Source: Mobula hypostoma (lineage: Eukaryota). From it: 64,000 bases of DNA. Shown piece by piece: positions 1 through 13,011 of this stretch; within the stretch, counting starts at the first letter, position 1; every line of letters begins with the position of its first letter. Location: positions 93,250,001-93,314,000 of the forward strand of contig NC_086097.1 in NCBI RefSeq assembly GCF_963921235.1. Direction: 5' to 3'. The notes beneath the pieces are model-generated. The model ran no database searches. It was not told where the DNA came from and worked only from the letters and a program-made list of their open reading frames with translations. A program made the translations under genes and the position numbers.

Positions 1-59
1 TCCACTGGTTCTCCCCTATCCACTCTACTAGTTACATCCTCAAAAAATTCTATGAGATT
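1..59 (-). mobile_element. Edge of a young CR1 LINE copy (RT region) running off the window
   Basis: Essentially identical to 3552-3610 inside the young CR1 copy. Confidence 0.85.
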
Positions 60-60
60 G

Positions 61-410
61 GAAGGGGAATGGGAATTAAAATATTTGGTCACCTGGAAAT
101 TCCACTTTTGGCAGATGGAGTGGAGGTGCTCAAAGAAGTGGCTCCCCAATTTATGGTGTGTCTCACCAATGAAGAGGAGGCCACATCAGGAGCACCGGAC
201 ACAATAGACAGCCCCAACAGATTCGCGAGTGAAGTGTTGCCTCACCTGGAAGGACTTTTTGGGGCTCTGAATGGAGGTGAGGGAGGAAGTGAATGGGCAG
301 ATGTAGCTCTTTGGCTGTTTGCAGGGATAACTGCTGGGAAGGATGAATGGACAAGGGAATTACAAAGGGAGGGATCCTTGCAGAAAGCAGAGGCGGGAGG
401 AGGTACAGTA
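61..410 (-). mobile_element. Degenerate Penelope-like (GIY-YIG region) fragment
   Basis: Similar to 52600-52960 (ggaatgggaattaaaat, cacctggaaggac, gaatggacaaggga). Confidence 0.7.
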
Positions 411-439
411 TGTTTGGAGATAGCAGAAGTTGCAGAGAG

Positions 440-1135
440 TGATGCATTGCACCTTGTCAAAGGTCTTCTGAAAATCCAAGTAAATAGCATCTACTGATTC
501 TTCTTCATCTATCCTGCCTGTTATTTCCTCAAAGGATTCTAACAAATTGGTCAGACAAGGTTTCCCCTTAAGGAAACCATGCTGACTTTAGCCTACTTTA
601 TGACATGACTCTAAGTATCCTGAAACCTCATCCTTACTAATATACTCCAGCACCTTCCCAACCACTGAAGTCAGGCAAACCGGCCTATAATTTCCTTTCT
701 TCTGCCTCCTTCTCTTCTTAAAGAGTGGAGTGACATTTGCAATTTTCCAGTCCTCCAGAGCCATTCCAGAATCTAGTGATGCTTAAAAGGTGACAAGTAA
801 TGCCTCCACAATCTCTTCAGCTACCTCTTTCAGAACCCTGAGGTGTAGTCCATCCGGTCCAGGTGACTCATCTATCTTCTGACCTTTTAGCTTCCCAAGC
901 ACCTTGTCCTTAGTAATAGCAACTGCACTCACTTCTGCCCCCAACATTCTTGAATTTCTGGCATGCTGCTATGTCTTCCACAGTGAAGAGTGACGCAAAA
1001 TTCTTATTAAGTTTGTCCGCCATTTCTTTATCCTCCATTACGGTCTCTCCAGCATCATTTTCCGAAAGTCCAATATCCACTCTCACCTCTTTTACTCTTT
1101 ATTTATCTGATAAACTTTTATATTATTGGCTAGCT
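440..1135 (-). mobile_element. Old CR1 LINE ORF2 fragment
   Basis: ORF 360-545 has DAIYLDFQKTFDKV (CR1 RT motif); many stops and frameshifts. Confidence 0.8.
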
Positions 1136-2375
1136 GACCTGCAGATTTCCTGTTTCATAAGTTGTAACAAAAATGTGATCTATACAGAAAGAACAAGGAT
1201 CTCTGGTTTAGATCAAGCATTTATAAAAACATGTGGGAGAAGATTATTCACTCCTGCAATCTATTCCACCATTCTATATGACCATATATGACCATGGTGA
1301 TTATCTTTCTCAGTTGTGTATCCCTGCTCTCTACCCTTATTCCTTGAGGCCTTTAGTGTCTTGAAATATATCTTAACCATATTTAGCACTTTAGTCTCTA
1401 AAGCTTTCTGTGCTAGATCTCCCAGAAAACTCCCAGTCCTATTTAACTGAGACCTTACCATCTTTAGGGTCTACCTAGCCCTGCCCCACCTGACGTTGAC
1501 TCGCACCTGACCTTGTCTGCACTTCATCTGACCCGCTCCTTAGGAACCACCCTGCTTCTTGGCCACCTCCCCCTCATTTCCTCTGGCTAAGGTGTGCCTT
1601 TTACATCCTTCTGATGCTAGAGTGTTAAATGGCTTGGCAACTCTACCTCTATAGAATGGCACAGACAGTCAGAGCTTAGCACAACAAATAATGCACTACA
1701 TAGCAACACTGAGGTTCAGCTAGTTGCACAACACAGAAGCAGATCCTTGCCAACACGTCCATTCCAACCTTTTAATCCCATTTACCTGCATTAGGTTGTA
1801 TTGTCTGCGCTTTGCCTGTCTGAGTGTTTGCCTGAATGCCTCGTTAAACATAGTGATCACATCTGATTCCACCATTCTGGCAGTGTTTTCCAGATATCAA
1901 CTACTCTGTGTGTGAAAACATGCCCCTCACATCATTCCAGATACACTCACCTAAACTGACTGCAGTCTTCATATTATCTCAGAGATTTGTTCTGTAAATA
2001 CAGGTCGTTAAGTTATTATTACTTCACTACCAGGGAAAAATAACACATTTTACAATTTATTCCTATATGCCTGCTAGAACCATGAACTACAGAAGTCAAT
2101 CACCCTAACAGTAAATGCAGAATGTTAACGCTAATAAATCTGTGAGAAGTGGAACTGGGGGCCTGCAGCAGCTTCTCGGGGAGCTGCGAGTGAGCAGTTC
2201 AGACATGGTGTGAAAATGAGCAGCTGATTTAGTGGCAACTCGCTTTTCGTGACTGGTTTTAAACCTGTGACATGTGAACAACACCAAGGGGGATGATAAA
2301 ATAACAATACATCTCATATAACTTTGTTGGGATTGAAGGACATAGCTGTATTGGGTCCATGAACAGCAATGCCAG

Positions 2376-5247
2376 TATAGAAAATAGGTGCAGGAGTAGG
2401 CCATTCGGCCCTTCGAGCCTGCACCGCCATTCATTACGATCATGGCTGATCACCCAACTCAGAACCCAATACCTGCCTTCTCTCCATACCCCCTGATCCC
2501 TTTAGCCACAAGGGCCTTATCTAACTCCCTCTTAAATATAGCCAATGAACTGGTCTCAACTGTTTCCTGTGGCAGAGAATTCCATAGATTCACCACTCTG
2601 TGTGAAGAAGTTTTTCCTAATCTCGGTCCTAAAAGTCTTCCCCTTTATCCTCAAACTGTGACCCTCGTTCTGGACTTCCCCAACATCGGGAACAATCTTC
2701 CTGCATCTAGTCTGTCCAATCCCTTTAGGATTTTATACGTTTCAATCAGATCCCCCATCAATCTTCTAAATTCCAACGAGTATAAGCCTAGTTCATCCAG
2801 TCTTTCATCATATGAAAGTCCTGCCATCCCAGGAATCAATCTTCTTTGTACTCCCTCGATGGCAAGGATGTCTTTCCTCAGATTAGGGGACCAAAACTGC
2901 ACACAGTACTCCAGGTATGGTCTCACCAAGGCCTTGTACAACTGCAGTAGTACCTCCCTGCTCCTGTACGCGAATCCTCTTGCTATAAATGTCAGCATAC
3001 CATTCGCCTTTTTCACCGCCTGCTGTACCTGCATGCCCACTTTCAATGACTGGTGTATAATGACACCCAGGTCTTGTTGCACCTCCCCTTTTCCTAATCA
3101 GCCACCATTCAGATAATAATCTGTTTTCCTGTTTTTGCCACCAAAGTGGATAACTTCACATTTATCCACATTAAATTGCATCTGCCATAAACTTGCCCAC
3201 TCACCTAACCTATCCAAGTGACCCTGCATCCTCTTAGCATCCTCCTCACAGCTAACACTGCCGCCCAGCTTCGTGTCATCCGCAAACTTGGAGATGCTGC
3301 ATTTAATTCCCTCATCCAAGTCATTAATATATATTGTAAACAACTGGGGTCCCAGCACTGAGCCTTGCGGTACCCCACTAGTCACTGCCTGCCATTCTGA
3401 AAAGGTCCCGTTTATTCCCACTCTTTGCTTCCTGTCTGCCAACTCTATCCACATCAATACCTTACCCCCAATACTGTGTGCTTTAAGTTTGCACACTAAT
3501 CTCCTGTGTGGGACCTTGTCAAAAGCCTTTTGAAAATCCAAATATACCACATCCACTGGTTCTCCCCTATCCACTCTACTAGTTACATCCTCAAAAAATT
3601 CTATGAGATTCATCAGACATGATTTTCCTTTCACAAATCCATGCTGACTTTGTCCGATGATTTCACCGCTTTTCAAATGTGCTGTTATCACATCTTTGAT
3701 AACTGACTCTAGCAGTTTCCCCACCACCGATGTTAGGCTAACCGGTCTATAGTTCGCTGGTTTCTCTCGCCCTCCTTTTTTAAAAAGTGGAGTTACATTA
3801 GCCACCCTCCAATCCTCAGGAACTAGTCCAGAATCTAAAGAGTTTTGAAAAATTATCACTAATGCATCCACTATTTCTTGGGCTACTTCCTTAAGCACTC
3901 TGGGATGCAGACCATCTGGCCCTGGGGATTTATCTGCCTTTAATCCCTTCAATTTACCTAACACCACTTCCCTATTAACATGTATTTCCCTCAGTTCCCA
4001 TCTCACTGGACCCTCTGTCCCCTACTATTTCCAGAAGATTATTTATGTCCTCCTTAGTGAAGACAGAACCAAAGTAATTATTCAATTGGTCTGCCATGTC
4101 CTTGCTCCCCATAATCAATTCACCTGTTTCTGTCTGTAGGGGACCTACATTTGTCTTAACCAATCTTTTTCTTTTCACATATCTATAAAAGCTTTTACAG
4201 TCAGTTTTTATATTCCCTGCCAGTTTTCTCTCATAATCTTTTTTCCCCTTCCTAATTAAGCCCTTTGTCCTCCTCTGCTGAACTCTGAATTTCTCCCAGT
4301 CCTCAGGTGAGCCACTTTTTCTGGCTAATTTGTATGCTTCTTCTTTGGAATTGATACTATCCCTAATTTCCCTTGTCAGCCACGGGTGCACTACCTTCCT
4401 TGATTTATTCTTTTGCCAAACTGGGATGAACAATTGTTGTAGTTCATCCATGCGATCTTTAAATACTTGCCATTGCATATCCACTGTCAACCCTTTAAGT
4501 GTCAGTTGCCAGTCTATCTTAGCTAATTCACGTCTCATACCTTCAAAGTTACCCTCCTTTAAGTTCAGAACCTTTGTTTCTGAATTAACTATGTCACTCT
4601 CCATATTAATGAAGAATTCCACCATATTATGGTCACTCTTACCCGAGGGGCCTCTCACGACAAGATTGCTAATTAACCCTTCCTTATTGCTCAATACCCA
4701 GTCTAGAATAGTCTGCTCCCTTGTTGGTTCCTCGACATGTTGGTTCAAAAAACCATCCCGCATACATTCCAAGAAATCCTCTTCCTCAGCACCCTTACCA
4801 ATTTGGTTCACCCGATCTACATGTAGATTGAAGTCACCCATTATAACTGCTGTTCCTTTATTGCACACATTTCTAATTTCCTGTTTAATATCATCCCCAG
4901 CCTCACTGCTACAGTTAGGTGGCCTGTACACAACTCCCACCAGCGTTTTCTGCCCCTTAGTGTTATGCAGCTCTACCCATATCGATTCCACATCCTCCCG
5001 GCTTATGTCCTTCCTTTCTATTGCGTTAATCTCCTCTCCAACCAGCAACGCCACCCCACCTCCTTTTCTTTCATGTCTATCCCTCCTGAATATTGAATAC
5101 CCCTAAATGTTGAGCTCCCATCCTTGGTCACCCTGGAGCCATGTCTCTGTGATCCCAACTATATCATATTCATTAATAACAATCTGCACTTTTAATTCAT
5201 CCACCTTGTTACGAATGCTCCTTGCATTGACACACAAAGCCTTCAGG
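2376..5247 (-). mobile_element. Young 5'-truncated CR1 LINE with nearly complete, frameshifted ORF2 (APE endonuclease plus RT)
   Basis: ORF 3975-5054 (VGVVYRPP, IMGDFN, SDHN = APE); 3098-4006 ([42 protein letters not shown] = RT); 2651-3082 C-terminus; CR1 3' UTR ending at TTTTCTATA. Confidence 0.95.
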
Positions 5248-5529
5248 TTTTCTAGAATTTACGGCATGGCTGTAAGATCACATATCCCAATAGTCTGATA
5301 ATTGAATCCAGGCTCCATGTAAGCCACTCTTAATTCACCTTAATAGCTCTTAGTTTCTCCTTTTCTCACTATTGATTACTTCATTTCCTTGAATGCATAT
5401 TGACTTTAACTACTGTACTCCCCAAGGTAAGAAGTTTGATATTCTGACCACTCTCTGCATTGACTGAGCACTGGCAACACAGTGAATGTGCCAGTGCAGC
5501 TGAACTCTGCACTGGCAACACAGTCAGTG

Positions 5530-6018
5530 AACACTGGAAATACTCTGATTTCTATTGTCCAGCCTCCAGCACCATCCTACCTGCCATCAAGGATGTACAG
5601 TACATACAGAAAGGTGGTGGAAACGGATCCCACACTCCCTGCTCATGGACTGCCTGTCCCACTCCCATCAGCGAAGAGGCATCCACGCCAGGACCAAAAA
5701 CAGTTACTTTTCCCAAGCAGTAAGGCTGATCAACACCTCCACCCATTAACTCACCCCACCACACATCCTTAACCATCACTACTTTATCATTTCCTGTCAG
5801 TCACCTTATGTATAGACACTCCTGTGTCTAGCATCACTTTATGGACATACAATCAATCTAAGTATATAAGCTATCTTACGTTATATAAATGTTTATATTA
5901 TTATTGTGTTCTTTACCTTATTGTGGTTTTTGTGCTGCATTGGATCTGGAGTAACAATTATTTTGTTCTCCTTTACACTCGTGTACTGAAAATGTCATTA
6001 AACGATCTTGAATCTTGA
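5530..6018 (+). mobile_element. Rex1/Babar-type LINE 3' fragment
   Basis: Degenerate DPTLPAHGL...LPS C-terminus; 3' tail tcttgaatcttgaa; sister copy at 62510-63200. Confidence 0.65.
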
Positions 6019-6019
6019 A

Positions 6020-6608
6020 CGTTGCCATTCATTTAGTGAGGACTAAAATATAAGAGCAATGCTTTATAAGATGTGGAGTATTGTGAGCAGTTTTGGGCCT
6101 CTTATCTATGAAAGGATGCGCTGGCATTGGAAAGGGTCCAGAGGAGGTTTACAAGAATGATCCTGGGAATGAAATGGTTAACATATGAGGAGCGTTCGAG
6201 GGCTTTGGGCATGTGCTTACTGGAGTTTAGACAAATGAGAAGGGATCTCATTGAAACCTATTGAATATTGAGATGGCTAGATATAGTGGATGGAGAGGAT
6301 GTTTCCTATAGTGGGGCAGTCTAGGAACAGAGGGCACAGCCTCAGAATAGAGGGATGTCCAGGAAGAACAAGGATGAAAAGGAAGTTCTTTAGCCAGAGG
6401 ATGGTGAATCTTTGGAATTCATTGCCACAGACGGCTGTGGAGGCCAAGTCACTACGTGTATTTAAAGTGGAGGTTGATAAGTCCTTGATTAGTAAGGGAG
6501 AAGGGTAGAGAGTAGGATTGAGAGGGGTTAATAAATCAGCCATGATGGAATGGTTAGACCAGACTTGATGGTCCGAATGATCTATTGCTATGTCTTATGG
6601 TTTTATGG
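6020..6608 (+). mobile_element. CR1 LINE 3' fragment
   Basis: ORF 6290-6508 (RGHSLRIEG, FFSQRMVNLWNSLP); tail cttatggttttatgg. Confidence 0.85.
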
Positions 6609-6879
6609 ACTGGTACAGTAAGGCCATATGGATGATTCCTGCCCCTATTTTTCATTGGTTTGGAATTTGTACACATTTTATTACCATTTTTCTTATCTAA
6701 CAAGAGTGACTACTCCTCAAAAAGTAACTTCAAGACCATATAATGCTTTGGAACATGAATGATGAGGCTCTGCAAGTGATCATGAAATGTAAGTTTTTCG
6801 TATCTGCATGATATTCCAAAATGCATCACAGCCAATGGACTCACTAAATAAGAAAAATGTAGTTCCTATTTTAGTACGA

Positions 6880-7135
6880 ATCAGTGAGAAACAAAAACAG
6901 AAAAGGGTAGAAACATCCACCAGGTCAAGCAGAATGTGTGGACGAAGAAACAGAGTTGACATTTCGGATTGAAGACCCTTCAGCAGAAATCTGTACCAGT
7001 TCTGAAGAAAGGTCTTTGGGCACAAAAGTTAGCTCTATTCCTTGCTCTACAAATTCTGCCTGTCCTGCCGAGTGTTTCCAGCATTTTCTGCTTTTACTTT
7101 GGAAATCCAGCATCTGCGGTTTTTTGGATTTGCAG
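6880..7135. mobile_element. Inverted pair of degenerate Penelope 3'-end (pLTR) fragments
   Basis: Minus-strand CTGCTGAAGG...CCGAAATGTC and plus-strand CTGAAGAAAGG... followed by tccagcatctgc; two decayed hammerhead-like cores around 6995. Confidence 0.55.
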
Positions 7136-7589
7136 CATAAATGATGTGCCTTCTATTTCAGAAAGATGGTTCATCCATTCACATGTGAATGCCTCATGCC
7201 AACATTGTACATAACAATAAACAAACAAGGCACACAGATAAGGTATCCGACACTATGCTGATAGGCTGTGTTTACCTTACGATAAGTAACTGTGCTGATA
7301 CACTGACTGGTTTGATGTATCGAAAAGAAGCATATGGGATGGGAATTAAGATCAGTCCGTTGCCACTTGTATGTAAAAATCCAAGAGAGTAGAATTTTTG
7401 GAGATTGCAGACAACTGAAAATCAAATTGCTAATGGAGCATGAAGACCGACAGAGAGAAAATGTGCCTGGTACAATTTAATGGAGGGAAGTTAGAAGTGA
7501 TGCACTGCAGAAGGAAAAAGTAGCAGCAGAAGAAGAATCTGAATGATGCCTCATGAGTCAAGTGCCAGAATACAATCGTATGGAGCTCG

Positions 7590-8412
7590 CGCCACGATTC
7601 CCTTGTCCATTCATCCCTCCCCACTATGACCATTCACATTCACCCTATCTTCCCGCCACCTTAACAGTGTTAGAGTTCCTCTTGTCCTTACCGACCACCC
7701 CACAAGCTTCCACATCCAACTTTTCATGCTCTTCAACTTCTGCCACCACCAAAAATGTCTTTACCTTCCCCCAAAACCCCCACTCTGCTTTCCACAGGGG
7801 TCACTCCGTCCATGATTCCCCTGTCCATTTGTCCTCCCTACTAACCTCCCTCCAGGCACTTACCTCTGCAAGCAGCATAAGAGCCACACCTACTCAAACA
7901 CCTCTTCCCTCACCTTCATTCAGGGCACCAAACAGTCCTTCTAGGTGAGGCAACACTTCACCTGCAAATCTGCCGGAATCGCCTATTGTGTCCAGCGCTT
8001 CTGATCTGGCCTCCTCTACATTGGTGAGACCCGTTGTAAATCCGGGTCCACTTCCTTGAATATTTCGGCTCCATCTGTCAAAAGCGGAATTTCCCGGTGG
8101 CCAGACATTTAAATTCCCATTCCCACTCCCATTCCGACATGTCAGTCCATGTCAGTCTTTTGTTTATGATGAGGTCACCCTCAGGGTGGAGGAGCAACAC
8201 CTTATATTCCATCTGGGTAGCTTTTTACCTTATGGCATAAATATCAATTTCTCATTCCAGTAAAATAAATGCCCCCTCCCCCTCCGCTCTTCCTCTATTG
8301 CCCACTCTGGCCTCTTAATTCATTTCCATAAATGTTACCTGACTTGCTGAGTTCCTCCAGCAATTTGTGTGTTGCTCTAGATTTCCAGCACCTGCAGAAT
8401 TCCTTGTGTTTA
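7590..8412 (+). mobile_element. Degenerate Penelope-like element (GIY-YIG region plus 3' end)
   Basis: Collinear with the reverse complement of 52040-53150 (ctctacattggtgagacc = LYIGET; ggagcaacaccttatattc = EQHLIF). Confidence 0.85.
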
Positions 8413-8789
8413 TTATGTGGAGCTGCTATTCAGACATCCTCACAAGCCAGGTTGAATAAAGATAATTGCTTGTCTTTGTAAGCAGCAGCAACCAATACAA
8501 AATACCAGAGTCCAAGATTTGTGGCAGGCAGAACATGCAAGCTCATTCATAGACAAATCAAACAACTTTTCTGAAAAATCAAAACAATTTTAGGTCAGCA
8601 CGGATTTCCTCTGGGTACATTGGTTTTCTCCCATTCCAGGATGTGTTTAATTGAATACCACAAATTGCCACTAGTGTGTAGGATGTTTCCCCTACAGGTC
8701 AGGATTGAATGGGGTTTGAATGGGGGTTTCAGGAGAAGAACTTGAAGGGAGCACGGTTACGTGGAGAGTCCATGGAGTATGAAAGCTAC

Positions 8790-9200
8790 AAGCAGAGACT
8801 GTTAGACTGGGAATGATATGATTAGAGAGAGTTAGACTGGGTATGATGTAGGCAGAGACGGTCAGACTGGGAGTGGTGTAGGCAGAGAGGATTAAAAGTG
8901 GGAATGTTGCAGGCAGACAGGGTTAGACTAGGAATGGTGTAGGCAGAGAGGATTAAAAGTGGGAATGTTGCAGGCAGACAGAGTTAGACCAGGAATGGTG
9001 TAGGCAGAGAGGATTAGAAGTGGGAATGTTGCAGGCAGAGAGGGTTAGACCAGGAATGGTGTAGGCAGAGAGGATTAAAAGTGGGAATGTTGCAGGCAGA
9101 CAGGGTTAGACCAGGAATGGTGTAGGCAGAGAGGATTAAAAGTGGGAATGTTGTAGGAAGACAGGGTTAGACTGAGAGGGGTATAAACAGAAAACACTAA
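8790..9200 (+). repeat. G-rich minisatellite: about five 61-bp units made of two ~30-bp subunits, flanked by diverged monomers
   Basis: Units start at 8881, 8942, 9003, 9064, 9125 (ggcagagaggattaaaagtgggaatgttgcaggcagacagggttagaccaggaatggtgta). Confidence 0.95.
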
Positions 9201-9891
9201 TTCAGAAATTGTATAGGCAGAGGAAACTAGATTGGGACTAGGATGTCAGAGGCTGTACGTATGATGCAGATAGGGTGGTAGAGATGGAAAAGTGGATTGT
9301 ACCTGAATCTGGAGAGGTTGATGAAATGAGTAACAAATGCTGGTTATAGCTTGTGAAGTGCCTGCCACACCATATCTAGACTTGTGACTTAAATAAAGCT
9401 CACATACATCATCATAGAGTGATTTTTGATTAATTCATACCCGTTTGTGATTTAAAAACCACTTTTATTTAAACGTAAGACTAGAAAGGCACCCTTCAAG
9501 TCAAGCTACTTCTTAAAAAGATTTACACTGCAGCAGACAAACTGAATAACAAATATTAAAAATGTGTGCACCTTTAATAATTATTCATTGCGTCTGTCTC
9601 CATATTAAAACAATGGTAGAGTATAAAAGCTTTCAACCAACCTGTTGGATAGCCAGATGACTCAGAAGTGTCTTTTCAATGTTGGCAGTGACACACTGCT
9701 CAGAGTAGTTGAACGGCTTCTCTGCGTGGATTAAAAATGTAGAGAGAGAATGAACAGCTCAGACTACATAGTCAGGATGGATCAAACCTACTGAGTCCAC
9801 AGAAAGTGCATTGCACAATACTGGCCGAATTCACAAGATCCTTTTACCAGTCTGACAAGGGCTGTTCACTCAAGTGGGTTTATACAAAATG

Positions 9892-10013
9892 TGGAGCTGG
9901 AGTCAGTTTCATTCAGAATCTGGAGCTGGAGTCAGCTTGATCCAGAATCTGGAGCTGGAGTCAGTTTGATATGGAGCCAGGGTAGGATTGATGAAGATTG
10001 CAGAGCTGGAGTC
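9892..10013 (+). repeat. Short degenerate tandem repeat, ~29-bp unit
   Basis: gagctggagtca recurs four times. Confidence 0.8.
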
Positions 10014-12204
10014 AATATTTTTACAATTGATTGGCTGGGTATCATAATATTAGAAAGTTTCATACAAACATATTGTGATTGATGAAAATCGGGAAATAAA
10101 TGTCAAAGGTACTGGCCATCCTCCCAGGCTCTTGCTCCTAAATCCTGATTTAGCTCAATTTTCCAAATTCAGACCCAATTTAATAATGAATACCATGGCT
10201 CCCAGAAGGATATCTACTGTGGAAACGTATGGTATTTATTTTGCCACTTTTGTGGTGTGGGACTATAGGAACGGAATTCTTTATCACCTCTTCAAGGCAT
10301 AACAATGGCGGGGATAGGATTCATAATTCTATTTTCAATGTTAAATCCTCTGAAGGCAAAAAAAAATTCTGGACCACTTATTAGTTTATTGGAGTGCACT
10401 TCAGATTGTACAGGTAAGTTGCAAGTTTGTTATATGAAGTTTTTTATGTTCATGTGGTCCTTCATCACTTTGTGGGAATAACCAGCCAGTGAATGCATCT
10501 TTGTGAATGTTCCTCTGACGTCTCTAACTTGGCTAGAACTTCATGCAGACATAAAAGTGAATGTGAGTTTATTGAAAATCAGACTGAAGCAATCTAGTGC
10601 CCATTTCTGGGTTGTTGTAAGGAAATATGACTCATAATCTTTTACCTGGAGGTAAACTATCCCAAGTGACGTTAGCATTAGCTGGACCCAGAAAATACAT
10701 CTGCAATGAGGTTTTCAAACTCATTGGATTGAAAAATAACCTCTAAGGGGCCACTTCTCTGAAATTGAGCTATTTAAAGGGCCAACACCTAAACTGCAGT
10801 CTCTGTCACGCATTCACAGCACATATAAACAGGCTTATTGATGGGGATGACCTACCACTGGGGAGATGTAACGCCCGAGTCTCTGGTGCCATGACTCAGT
10901 AGAGAAGAGAGGTGAAGAGGACTTCAGTGGTGACAGGAGATTCCATAATTAGAGGAGTAGAGATGAGATTCTGTGGATGGATAGAGATACCCGGATGGTG
11001 TGTGTTGCCTCCCAGGAGCCGGGGTCAGGGATGTCTTGGAACAGGCCCATAGCATTCTAAAGGGGGAGGGTGAGCAGCCAGAAGACTTGGAACTTATTGG
11101 CACCAATGTCATAGAAAGGAAAGGGGAGGAGGTCCTGAGGAGAGATAGGGAGCTAGGTAGAAAGCTGAAAAGCAGGACCTCCAGTGTAGAAATCGCCTGT
11201 GCCAAGCAGACGTATGTGTGGCTGAAGAACTGATGCAGGGGCCAGGGGTTCAGATTTCTGGATCATTGCGATCTCTTCTGGGGAAGGTATGACCTGTACA
11301 AAAGGGATTGGTTACACCTGAACCCAAGGGGGGAATCAATATCCTTATGGGCAGGTTTGTTAGAGTGTTCAGGAGGGTTTTAACTAATTTGGCAGGATAT
11401 GGGAACCGGAGTGATAGGGCTGAGGATGGGGTAGATGGTTTACAAACAGAGGCAGTGTGTAGTGAGACTGCTAGTAAGGAGAGGCTGATAATAGGGCAAA
11501 ATTTCAGCCAACAGGATATGCTGTAACGTAAAAGGAGGACAAAATTGAAAAAGCTGATGAATACAGGACTGAAGGTGTTATATTTGAATGCACGCAGTGT
11601 ACGGAATAAGGTAGATAAACTTGCAGCACAGTTACAGATTGGCATGTACATCATGGGTATTACTGAATCATGGTTTGAAGAAGATTATAGTTGGGAGCTT
11701 AACGTCCAAAGATAATGTCTAAGGGCAGGCAGGTAGGCAGGTAGGTGGGGGGGGGTGCGTAAAAAATGAAATCCAATCATTAGAAAGAGATGAGATAGGA
11801 TCAGAAATGTGCAGAATCATTGTGGATAGAGCGAAGGAATTGCAAGGGTAAAAAAAACCCTGATGGGAGTTATATACAGGCCTTCGAGGAGTAGCAAAGA
11901 TGTGGTCTACAAATTACAATGGGAGATTGAAAATGCATGTCAAAAGGGCAATGTTACGAAAGTCAAGGGTGATTTCAATATGCAGGTAGATTGGGAAAAT
12001 CAGGTTGCCGCTGGATCCCAAGAAGGGGAATTTGTAAAGTGCCTAAAAGATAGCTATTTAGAGCAACTCATGGTTGAGCCCACTAGGAGACCAACTATTC
12101 TGGAGTGGGTGTTGTGCAATGAACTGGAATTGATTACAGAGCTTAATGTAAAGGAATGCTTAGGGGAACAGTGATCATAATGTGATAGAATCCACCCTGC
12201 AATT

Positions 12205-12590
12205 TCACCATCGAAAGAGAGAGAGAGGGAGAGATTACAGAGGCCTCCAACAGCTGCGCTCGCTGTCTCGATCATTCGATCTCCCACGACATTCAGTCAG
12301 CGACTTCGGTCAGGAATTGGTTCATCCATAGGGCCACACCTCGAAGACACAGGTCTTCCAAGCCACTCCTGGAGACCCGGTAATGCAGGCTGCTTGGTGA
12401 GTTCCAAAGAGTGAGAACCCATCATCAATGAAGAAGGTAGTTTGAGTGTAGCTGTAGATCGTGGGCTGTGACAGGATACAGCCACCTTGAAAAGCAAAAA
12501 AGAAAGGATATGAGAACAGAAGATTTAAACTGTTTTGCAGATTAAATTGAAGAAGTCGCCCAGGTCAGCAAAAATCTCTGGTGTCATCTT
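12205..12590 (-). mobile_element. Non-coding insertion, probably the 5' part of a non-autonomous retroelement
   Basis: Interrupts CR1 ORF2; minus strand begins aagatgacacc, resembling the start of the 29930-30752 element. Confidence 0.45.
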
Positions 12591-13011
12591 TAGCTCCTCC
12601 CACTGACTTCTTCATAAATTGATTGGAAGGGAAGACTAGCATAGATGATGGCGGGGCAGAAATGCCTGGAGTTTCTGGGAGCAATTCGGAAGGCACAAAA
12701 TATATACATCCCAAAGAAGAAGTATTTTAAAGACAGGATGACATAACTGTGGCTGACAAGTGATGTCAAAGCCAAAATAAAAGACAAAGAGAAGGAAAAA
12801 GATGGAATATGAAGGTAAGCAAGTCAATAATATTAAAGAGGACACCAAAAGTTTCATCAGGTATATAAAATGTAAAAGTGAGACGAGAGTAGATATCGGA
12901 CTGCTGGAAAATGATGCTGGAGAGGTAGTGATGGGGGAAAATGGAAATGATGGACAAAGAATAAGTATTTTGCATCAGACTTCACTGTGGAAGACACTAG
13001 CAATATATAAA

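Noticed and set aside
2105..2264. Terminal exon encoding a GPI-anchor-like hydrophobic tail (minus strand)
   Set aside because: Weak acceptor, no recognisable homology, and phase incompatible with the 9642-9721 candidate
2442..5106. Long plus-strand ORFs (224 aa, 258 aa), and similarly 50371-51024
   Set aside because: Antisense shadows of CR1 ORF2
8790..10013. CRISPR-like arrays
   Set aside because: Head-to-tail tandem repeats without unique spacers; eukaryotic context; no cas genes
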